The position numbers were made by a program, and so were the translations under genes. The notes under the pieces were generated by a model. That model did no database searches. It was not told the DNA's origin and worked only from the letters and a program-made list of their open reading frames with translations. A DNA stretch of 61,319 nt, filler included, from Welwitschia mirabilis (lineage: Eukaryota): NCBI GenBank assembly GCA_051453625.1. It is 6 parts of one record of this genome, joined end to end, with 100 filler letters (N's around TTAATTAATTAA, not from the genome) between each part and the next. Parts side by side here need not be neighbours in the genome. Positions count along the whole stretch, not along the records: positions 41,640 to 55,451 come from JBOZIK010000001.1; positions 55,552 to 58,057 come from JBOZIK010000001.1; positions 58,158 to 61,319 come from JBOZIK010000001.1; 3 more parts are not named here. One strand, 5' to 3'. Shown here one piece after another: positions 51,139 through 61,319 of the stretch; position 1 is the stretch's first letter, and every line of letters starts with the position of its first letter.

Positions 51139-54100
51139 TGGATCGAGGACAGTGGGTATTCAAATCACATGATACCCAACAAAAAATTGTTTGTCAATTA
51201 CATACTTACTGAGGTGGACTCAATTAAAGTTGGTGATGGTGCTTTTGTCAAAGTAGAGGGCATTGTAGATGTTAAAATTAACCTCTACAATAGAAGATGG
51301 CTTAATGCTCATGATGTGTTTCATGTGCCCAACCTTTCTAATTCATGACTTTCAGTGGGACAAATGGTCCAAAGAGGCAACACAATCATATTCGACAAGA
51401 ATGGTTATGCCATAAAAGATAATGCGGGCTTCTCCACCACACTTCAAATAATGCCAAACCAAATTTATGCATTGGTCTCCATGGGAAATGGCACCTTAGG
51501 TAAAAACTCAAAACTGATGTTACTGTCTATTAGGATCAAACTTCCTTCAATTCTTTGGCACATCAAACTAGGACATGCCTCCTCCACAAATATTTTGAAG
51601 ATGACAAAAGCTCAAAATGTTTTGAGCATCAAATGCCATGAAATTCCCGTTGGAGTTTGTGAAATGCGTATAAAGGCAAGCGAAAGGCTAATCCACACAA
51701 TGCCACCATGGAGAGAAGGACTAAGCCACTTGAGTTGGTACACACCATCTTAGTTGGTCTAATGGATACATGCACAATGAAGGGCTTTTATGGTGATTTT
51801 TTATAATTTCTCCAAGTATAGATGGTCCTCTCTCATTCATTCCAAAGAGGAAGCATTATCACTTTCAAACATTTCAAAGCCCATGCTCAAAATCAATTGA
51901 AGCTAAAGATAAAAGCTATTAGAAGTGATAGAGGAGATGAATTTGTGAATGCTGATTTTAATCAATTTTGTGATTCTTGTGGCATCATGAAGCAAATAAC
52001 ATGTGGATATTCTCCACAAAGCAATGGCATGGCTGAGAGAGAGAATGGTGTAATACAAGAAGTTGTTGGAAAACTGGAAGAGTTTCAATGACGTCACTGA
52101 GCAACTAGACTGGAGAACGACCAAGGTTGACAAGTGAAAATCTGATAAAAATATTGGTATGTTCCCCCTGTGAAACTAGGATGTCCCCTGTCCTTTGCAG
52201 TCCCAAAGTACCAAGATGTCTCCCCATGAAACCGGGATGTTCCCCCTACTTTGCAGTCCTAAAGCACTAGGATGTTCCCCCATGAAACCAGGACATCCCC
52301 CTTATAAAACCAAGACATCCCCCCTCCCTTGCAATCCCAAAGTACTGGGATGTCTCCCCTGTAAAATTGAGATATTCCACCCCCCTTGCAGTCCCAACGT
52401 ACTAGGATGTCCCCCTTATAAAAGGGGGGCATGCCTCCTATGAAATTCGAACATCCTCCCTTGTAGTTTTGACAGAACAGTGATGATAAAAAACAAGATG
52501 TCCAGCAAGAAAAGATGGAATGTCTGCCTAGGCGAATGTTGGAACGAAAATGTGAATCAAAACGACCAAGGCGCTAACAGCCAAGAGACCTTTAGGGCAT
52601 GCAAACCACATTCCAAAGCACTTCAAACGAGAATCTAACAACTAGTTTTTCAAGGAACTCTATAAAATGTTCTGTGTCACTATCAAAAGAGTGAATTGTA
52701 ACACACTATTCTGAACTAGTCTTTATTGTATAATTTTCTACTTATACTACACTGAGATATCTACCTATTGTGGAGATATTGAATCTATAGGTGATGTACT
52801 ATGCATGAAAGGCATAAAAATCATCAAGCCTTTTACTTGATTAATATCTTGTGAGTGCTCATTGGATTGAGCAAGCTGACCCTTGTGAGAAGGGTGTTGT
52901 AAAGTGACCCTCGGTGAAGGGTGTTGTAACTGACCCTCGGTGAAGGGTGTTGTAAGCTACACTTAGAGAAGGGTGTTTTAAGGGAACCAAAAGGCTGAGA
53001 GCATATTGCTCCCCCTGAGAGTGGAGTAAGCAAGGATTGTTGAACCATTATAAATCTCTGGTGCATACTTTTTATTTGTTTGTTTCTTCGACTTGCTTTT
53101 ATCAACTTTGATTCATTTTCTTAAGCAACATTCAAATTTAGTTACTCATGTTAAAAGGTTATTCGAGTTTGATCTAATTAGAAAATATTTTTAAATAACA
53201 CCCTATTCACCCCGCTCTAGGGTGCCATACGGTCCTAACAAAAGTGGCATGTTGCTCATTGACACAAAGCACTTTGCCCACTTCCTAATGGCATAAGGTT
53301 GTCACTATAGCTAGATATTTTTTCAATGAGGTTCTCACTTCTTCAAAACAATGTAAGACTCCATATGAGCTAATTTTCAAGCAAGTTCCCAATTTGTTTT
53401 ATTTGAAAATTTTGGTTGTGTCTATTGGGTACACATACCCAATTAGTTGACATCTAAACTTGATGCTTGAAGTAGAAAATGCATTTAGGTTGGATATGAT
53501 GTGACATCTTGGGGTTATAGATGTTTTGATCCCATTAGTGGAAAATATTTCACTTCTAAAGATGTCCAATTTGATAAATCGATATTTGCTTTGGGACACT
53601 TCTCTTATGAAGAAGATGATGCTAGTAAACCATCTATGACTAGTCACAAATGTCATCAAGAATTGTCAAAGACCATCCACCTTCTCAAATGTTTAACACA
53701 AATTTTCAAAGAAGATCCACAAGGAGTATGGCCACGTCTCATGTGGCATACTCAACCTTGATTGACGAACCAAAATTAGTTGATGCAGCCCTTCAATCTC
53801 CAATTTGAAGAGAGGCAATGGAGGAGCAAATGAATTCAATTCTAAAAAATGACACATGGGAACTTGTGTACAGGCCAAAGGGCAAGAAGATCATTGATTG
53901 CAAATTGATTTTGAAACAAATATGGATGAAAAATGCATTGTTAGAAGTCACAATGCAAGACTAGTTACTAGAAGCTACAAGCAAAAGAAGCATATTGACT
54001 ATGAGGAAATTCTTACACCAGGTACTAGGTTTGAAACCATAAAACTAATGATTTTTTTTGGTTGTGCATGGAGGCTATCTTTTGCATCAAATGAATGTAA

Positions 54101-55451
54101 ACAGTTCATTTTTAAACAGGAATTTAAAAGAAGAAGTGTATATTTTCCAGCCTAAAGGTTTCACTATTGAGGCTGAAAAAAACAAAGTTTGCAAATTGAA
54201 GAAAGCTCTATATCACCTCAACTAAGCTCCAAGAGCAAGGTTTAGAAGAATCAATGACTACTTAATTGGAAAAGGCCACAAAGCATGTATTTTAAAACCC
54301 ACATTATACTTCAAGCATTCAAATCTCCATTTCATCATGCTAACTCTTTATGTTGATAACATAGTGTTCTTTCCCATACGTGAGAAAATGATTAAAGATT
54401 TCAAGATGGAGATGAAAACTGAATTTGAGATGAAGGACCTTGGCCTCCTCAAGAATGTTTTGGGCACCCAACTTGATCAAGCTAAAGACTCCATGACTGT
54501 GCACCAATCAAGACCTGCACAGGCCATAATGGAAAAGTTTGGGCTTCTTGAAGCAAAGCCAGCCACCACGCCACTACCCCAAAATCTCAAAATTGAAAGT
54601 AAAGACTCTTAAAAGAGAGTGGATGTATTTCTTTATAGATCCATGATAAGCTCTTTGTGATTCTTGTGCCACACAATGCCTGATATTGCATTTGCAACCT
54701 CATTTATGTCTAGATTCATGGCTGAACCAAGAGAAAGCCATCTTTTAGCATTGAAACACCACATGAGGTATGTGCTTGGTACACTCACGCTTGGGCTCAA
54801 TTTGGAAAAGAAGATGGAGATATGAGTTGCCATTGTGATGTTGATTGGGGTGAATCCATCGAAGATAGAAAATCTAGTTCTAGTTCAATCATCTTTCATG
54901 TGAAGAATCTAATTTACTAGAAGTCAAAAACACAAACATTGGAGTCTCTTTCATTTGTTGAATCTAAGTAAATCTCCATGGATGACTCTCTCTCCAACAT
55001 GTTTTGTGGATTTTGATGTTGTATGAAAAGCTGCAAGAAAGGTAAAGGCACCAAATGATATGTTTGTGAACAATATGCCAGCCATTCCCAAGAACACATT
55101 CTTCACAAGGAGAGCAAACATATTGAAATCAAGTACTATTTTATAAAACAAAAGCTTAAGAAGGGAGTAATCTTGCTTAATTTCATCTCCACAAATGAAC
55201 AAATAGCTGACTTGTTGACCAAGAAGCTCCCAATCCACAAAATGGAGCATTTCATGTTCAAATTAAACATGATCTTTCTGTCTGCAGCACCCAGTTTCCA
55301 CCTTGTCTCGAAGGAGGAATTATTGGAGTAAATGTGGTCCCATGTGGACCTCTGATAAAGTTTGTTTCATGTTTTATCTGAGAGCTCCATTTTAAATTTG
55401 TAGCATGCCATTGTCGGTCACAATTTTAGTTACAAGATTGCCCTTGTAATA
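51139..55451 (+). mobile_element. Non-SIRE Ty1/copia pol pseudogene (PR-INT-RT-RH), PPT and start of 3' LTR (55321 to gap); interrupted by a solo LTR
   Basis: WIEDSGYSNHM, LWHIKLGH, IRSDRGDEF, SPQSNGMAERE, LYVDNI, EFEMKDLG, SKHIEIKYYF. PPT GAAGGAGGAA 55310-55319 lies shortly after pol, with no env-like ORF or multi-PPT. Confidence 0.88.
52064..53240 (+). mobile_element. SIRE-like solo LTR with 5-bp target-site duplication
   Basis: TGTTGG...CCTAACA, flanked by GAAGT (52059-52063) and AAAGT (53241-53245). The host integrase frame continues on both sides. The R/U5 part matches the 31389-32490 LTR. Confidence 0.92.
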
Positions 55452-55551
55452 NNNNNNNNNNNNNNNNNNNNNNNNNNNNNNNNNNNNNNNNNNNNTTAAT
55501 TAATTAANNNNNNNNNNNNNNNNNNNNNNNNNNNNNNNNNNNNNNNNNNNN

Positions 55552-58057
55552 TTCTATGAATCGACTCAAGACTTGTGAAGACTGACTTAAATTCTTTATG
55601 AGACTTGTATTTTCATCTTAAATCTCTTAATATCTTTGATTTATGGCTTTATGCTTCCTTCTTAAATCCTTGATGATATTATTTAGTTCATTGACTTTTA
55701 TAACAAGCCTTTCACATTCTTGATAGATTTCATGACATGTGTCTCCAACATCCTCCTCTTCTTCATCTTCATTCATGTTCAAATCATCATGCTTAGTAAG
55801 TNNNNNNNNNNNNNNNNNNNNNNNNNNNNNNNNNNNNNNNNNNNNNNNNNNNNNNNNNNNNNNNNNNNNNNNNNNNNNNNNNNNNNNNNNNNNNNNNNNN
55901 NNNNNNNNNNNNNNNNNNNNNNNNNNNNNNNNNNNNNNNNNNNNNNNNNNNNNNNNNNNNNNNNNNNNNNNNNNNNNNNNNNNNNNNNNNNNNNNNNNNN
56001 NNNNNNNNNNNNNNNNNNNNNNNNNNNNNNNNNNNNNNNNNNNNNNNNNNNNNNNNNNNNNNNNNNNNNNNNNNNNNNNNNNNNNNNNNNNNNNNNNNNN
56101 NNAAAAGCTTTTCTTTCTGTTCTTAGAAAATTTTAACTCATAAGTTTAAAGGTTACTTTATAGTTCACCTAGCAGCATCTTATTAAGAATTTTACTTTCT
56201 TTAATCGTAGTCACCTTTGGTATAAATCTTTTGGAAAGGGATCTTAAGACCTTCCTTACTATCTTGGCTTTCTCCATCTTTTCTTCAAGACTTGCCATAG
56301 ATTTTATAATGTCCATTAGGCTAGCAAAGAATTTCTAAAGAGTATCTTCCTCATACATCTTAATCTCTTTAAATTTTGTAATCAAAATTTGTATTTTTCT
56401 TGCTTAATAGTGGATGTCCCCTTATGAGTAATAGCAATAATATCCCATACTTCTTTGGTAGTCGTGTAGTTTACTATTCTCTTAAACTCATTTGCAGTTA
56501 TAGCACAAAAAATTGCATTCAAAGCACAAGCATCAATAGTAGCATTAGCTTTATCTAATGGACCCCATTTATCTTTTAGTTTCAACACTACTATAGAATT
56601 GTCTTTGGCATCCTTTTGAGTTATAGTAAGGTGGCTATAACTTGTGATCAATATATCCTCATAATCTACATTAAGAAATCTTAAGAATATTCTCATTCTA
56701 GNNNNNNNNNNNNNNNNNNNNNNNNNNNNNNNNNNNNNNNNNNNNNNNNNNNNNNNNNNNNNNNNNNNNNNNNNNNNNNNNNNNNNNNNNNNNNNNNNNN
56801 NNNNNNNNNNNNNNNNNNNNNNNNNNNNNNNNNNNNNNNNNNNNNNNNNNNNNNNNNNNNNNNNNNNNNNNNNNNNNNNNNNNNNNNNNNNNNNNNNNNN
56901 NNNNNNNNNNNNNNNNNNNNNNNNNNNNNNNNNNNNNNNNNNNNNNNNNNNNNNNNNNNNNNNNNNNNNNNNNNNNTAATGCACAAAACAGGATTTATAG
57001 TGATTCAAGATAGACCCTACTCCACTCTCAGAAGATAGTTAATAACCAAGACTATTCTGGATCTCTGTTGATTCACTATCCATTAGGTCTTTAAGGCTAA
57101 TCTTTACCCTTATAAAGTGGAATTTTTTAATTTAAGTCTCAACCTTCATAAACAATACTTTTGTAGGCTATGTCTCAACCTTTGTAAACCAGACTTTTAC
57201 AAGATAAGTCTCAACCTTAATAAAAATGCACAAGAGTGAGTGAGAGAATAAATCCCTTATGCTCTAAGTCACTAAAAAATAAAAAGTCACAATGGAACCT
57301 TATTGCTCAAATTTAATACAAAGGTAAGTACTGAGTAAGAGAAGAATTATAGTATAAAGATAAACTCTTTAGATCAAGAGTGCAACCTCCTTTTTCAAAA
57401 TCTGTTTGATCTGATGTGGAGTTTTTTGATGTAATATCTTTAAATAGATTTCTCTAAAATATAGCTGTTAGATAGTTAGGAGGAAATATAACATTTGTAA
57501 CAGATAGATTAGATTAAATAATGATTAAAAAATTGTTTGAAAATTTTCGCTTCTACTCTGACCAGTCGACCCCTCGAAACANNNNNNNNNNNNNNNNNNN
57601 NNNNNNNNNNNNNNNNNNNNNNNNNNNNNNNNNNNNNNNNNNNNNNNNNNNNNNNNNNNNNNNNNNNNNNNNNNNNNNNNNNNNNNNNNNNNNNNNNNNN
57701 NNNNNNNNNNNNNNNNNNNNNNNNNNNNNNNNNNNNNNNNNNNNNNNNNNNNNNNNNNNNNNNNNNNNNNNNNNNNNNNNNNNNNNNNNNNNNNNNNNNN
57801 NNNNAGTGCACATGAAGAAGCTTGAAAAGTGCATTTTGAGGTCTAGTAGATCTCATAAAGATCTAGTTGGTCCCATATGAAGTAGTCCAAAATGTGTATT
57901 TCCAAGTTTGGTCGATTCCTACTTTAAGTCCTTGGACAAAAAATCAAGTTACTTCAATTAGAACATGTCCAAATATTGACTATATTTTGGTTATGGAACC
58001 TTCAGCTTCTACATTTGTAAAATTACATTTTATTATACCAAGATCGTATTAGTTTGA
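55552..58057 (-). mobile_element. SIRE-like copia 5' part (gag fragments and LTR), heavily gapped
   Basis: Minus-strand gag MRIFL...KDKW...ALNAIFCAITANEFKRIVNYTTTKEVWDIIAITHKGTS, similar to the gag at ~43.7-44.1 kb. GTCGACCCC motif in the adjacent LTR-like sequence. Confidence 0.8.
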
Positions 58058-58157
58058 NNNNNNNNNNNNNNNNNNNNNNNNNNNNNNNNNNNNNNNNNNN
58101 NTTAATTAATTAANNNNNNNNNNNNNNNNNNNNNNNNNNNNNNNNNNNNNNNNNNNN

Positions 58158-61100
58158 AACTCAGCATAAGCCTATCTAATGTCCTACAAAATAACTCATA
58201 ATACACCATAAAATACACATAATTTGATAGCGCATCATAGCCCCCCACTTAGCCTCGTTAGTCCTTGATAAAACTAGATGAACAACTATAATTGTGAGCT
58301 AAATTCTCTTAAATAAAATTAATTTGGAAATTATGAAATAAGGTCAAAATCATAGAGTAGAATAAAACATGAAAATTATATGGTTGAATGTTTTACCTAT
58401 GCAAAGTCACTTAGGCAAGTTATTATTTGCCTAGTCATCTCAATAATGAAGTTGATGACAATTAATCAAAAAGCTTGGAAAAATAGGAGCCTATGAGGGG
58501 AAAAAATTCAAATAGATACATATCAGCTCTTATTTAAGAAAAAAATTAATAGTCCCCACTTAATTTTTAGCATATCATGAAAATAACTATGTTTGACATG
58601 TAATATCATCATAATGAAAAATGCCTTAAATCATAAAATGTACATAATAATCATGAATATAATGAAAAATGCTTAGAAATCATGTTTATAAAATTCATCA
58701 TTTTTAGTATAATATGTGGAGGGAAGATATATGGTATAATAAGAATATATATCACTTCCCTCATCATGTCATGATGAAATCCTGATGGGCAGAAGGCTTA
58801 AGCATAGGTGAAGAAGATGGAGGATGCTCAAAATATATAGGAAAACACTAGTTAAAAGTTGTCATAATGGAATGAGTGGTCTTCTCTTCCTGTACTCTGA
58901 TAGACTTTGGAAGGTTGACATCACACCATGCTTTATCCATAGGATGTAATGATGTACATCAATGAGCTACTCCTTGATGTGCTGGACTCTTCTTTCAATG
59001 GTAGATATCCTATTTTAAATCTTAGTGAAGCCTCGATCTATGATCTCTCTAAGACCCTAAACCGTCTTAATCAGGAGTGCCTGAATTTGATCAATAGTAT
59101 TCCTAGTTATAGGTCTCTGTACCTGACATTTCTTTTCCTTTCCTGGAATCTGTATCATGATGTCTTATAAGTAGTAAGCTAAAGTCTATAAATGTGTTAA
59201 TATCTACTCTTATACAAGCTCAAATATACTAAAGCATCTGAATATTACTAGAAAGAGGCACAGATATTCTAGAGTCTATAAATATCTAGCCTCAATCATG
59301 GATCTAAGTCTCTTCCAAATGAAAATTGGAAGATTAATCTACTTCCCTTGCCTAAATAATACCAAAATCTAAAGATGTGCTACCATGGCATGATTCTTAT
59401 AAAATGATGGGTTGATGTTATGGATTAATCCTTTATGAAGGATGCGATAGGTAAGTGTTAAATGTGTAACTAAAACTCCCCACCTATCACTAGTAACATT
59501 AGCTAGTATATCTAACACTACATCATAAGCACGATGATCATCTATACCAATAGCTAATTAGATCATACAAAGTCTAAGATGATTAGGTAAACGATAGGTT
59601 TTACTGAAAATTTTAATTAAAAATTTTGAGATTCAATAAATTAAGTTCAAATCCCAATGTAGAAATGTTAGATTTAAAAAATAAAGATTTGAGGAAGATT
59701 CTAATCAATATGAAATGTGAGTAANNNNNNNNNNNNNNNNNNNNNNNNNNNNNNNNNNNNNNNNNNNNNNNNNNNNNNNNNNNNNNNNNNNNNNNNNNNN
59801 NNNNNNNNNNNNNNNNNNNNNNNNCAAGGGGAAAAATTCAAATAGATACATATAAGTTCTTATTTAAAAAAAATTAATAGCCCCGCACTTAATTTTTAGC
59901 ATACCATGAAAATAATTATGTTTAACATATAATATCATCACAATGAAAAATGCCTTAAATCATAAAATGTACATAATAATTATGAACATAATGAAAAATG
60001 CTTAGAAATCATGTTTATAAAATTCCTCATTTTTAGTATAATCCATGGAGGGAAGATATAAGGTATAATAAGAATATATATCACTCCTCTTATCATGCCA
60101 TGATGAAATTCTAATGGTAGAAGGATTAGGAATAGGTGAAGAAGATGGAGGATGCTCAAAATACAAAAGAAAACACTAGTTAAGAGTTGTCATAATGGAA
60201 TGAGTAGTCTTGTCTCCCTATACTTTGATAAACTCTGGAAGGTCGACCATCACACTATGCTTTATCCATTGGATGTAATGATGTACATTAGTGAGTTAAT
60301 TCTTAGTGTACTAGACTCTTATTTTAATGGTAGATATTCTATCTTAAAGCTCAGTAAAGCCTTGATCTATGGTTTCTCTAAGACCCTAAAGTATCTTAAT
60401 TAGGAGTGCCTGAATCTAATCAATAGTAGCCCTAGCTATAGATCTCTGTACTTGACGTCTCTCTGCTTCTCCTAGAATCTGAATGATAATGTCCTATAGG
60501 TAGGGAGCTAAAGTTTATAAATGTGTCAATATCTACTCTTATACAAGATTACATCTACCAAAGAATCTAAATATTACTAATAGGAGGCATGGATATCCCA
60601 AGTTCTACAAATGTCTGGCCTCAATCATAGCCCTGAGTTTCTTCCAAATGAAAGTCATAAGATCAATCTACTTTCCCTACCTAAATACTAACAAAATCTA
60701 AAGATATACTACCATAGCATGAATATCATAGAATGATGAGTTAATGTTATGAATTAGTCCTCTATGAAGGATGCGATAAACAAGTGTCAAATGTGTAACT
60801 AAAACTCCCCACCTATCACTAGTAACATTAGCTGATATATCTAACATTGCACATAAGCATGATAATCCTCTATACCACCAGTTGATTAGGTCACACAAAG
60901 TTTAGGATGATTAGGTGGATTGTGGATGTTATTGAAAATTTTGAGAAAAATTGAATTTTGAAAGTGGATAGATTAAGTTCAAAGCTCAATGTAAAAATGT
61001 CAAATTTGAAAATTAAAGATTTGGGGAAGATTATAATAAATATGACATGTGAATGATCAAAAGATTAAGTTATGAAAATGTGCTAAGTGGGATGAAGCAT

Positions 61101-61319
61101 GTCTGTAAGTATCCAACAAATATGTCCTGATAATGAAGTGGAAGAATAATGTGTAGAACTCCAAAAGAATAAAATTAAACATCATAAAAATTGTAACGAA
61201 GCTTATCTAATCAAGAAAATATGTTTTTTATTGAAAACTAAGTAAGGAAAGTACTAAATGTTAAGGTCCTAAAATGATAAGGAAATACAAAAATGACTTT
61301 GAAACAACTAATTGAACAA
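58158..61319 (-). mobile_element. Athila-like gypsy 3' region: start of 3' LTR (58237 leftwards), PPT and duplicated env-like module
   Basis: Minus strand AAGGACTAACGAGGCTAAGTGGGGGGCTA|TGATGCGC (Athila-type PPT/LTR junction). Internal PPT-like AAGTGGGG/AAGTGCGGGG at ~58553 and ~59881. Env-like remnants YRILHRGLIHNI...IDLMTFIW...LGYPCLL. Confidence 0.7.
58496..61056. repeat. ~1.23-kb diverged direct duplication (58496-59724 and 59827-61056)
   Basis: Colinear throughout, e.g. AATGTGTAACTAAAACTCCCCACCTATCACTAGTAACATTAGCT is present in both copies, with frequent substitutions elsewhere. Confidence 0.92.

Overview
Eukaryotic land-plant nuclear DNA from a draft assembly with many N gaps. Five gaps carry an artificial TTAATTAATTAA linker, so continuity across them is not established. 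There is one clear host gene, a Dof zinc-finger transcription factor (+ strand, ~5.6-7.3 kb), inside a CpG-rich upstream/downstream island (~1.3-8.3 kb). Almost everything from ~10 kb onward is a stack of old, frameshifted, nested retroelements: two RTEX/RTE-like LINEs, an Athila-like gypsy, several Sirevirus (SIRE)-like copias (one nearly complete, with an env-like ORF), a Tat/Ogre-like gypsy 3' half, a non-SIRE copia carrying a solo LTR with target-site duplication, a 106-bp TRIM-like LTR family (two copies), and an Athila-like 3' region whose env-like module is duplicated. A ~4.7-kb island at 35.8-40.5 kb retains CpGs and is not explained by any element I recognise. I found no rRNA, tRNA, CRISPR array or recognisable miRNA, and I cannot demonstrate a new biological system. 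The best leads are the LINE 3' stem-loop/tail, the TRIM, the Dof leader architecture and the orphan island. All lineage assignments come from motif recognition by eye, not database searches.
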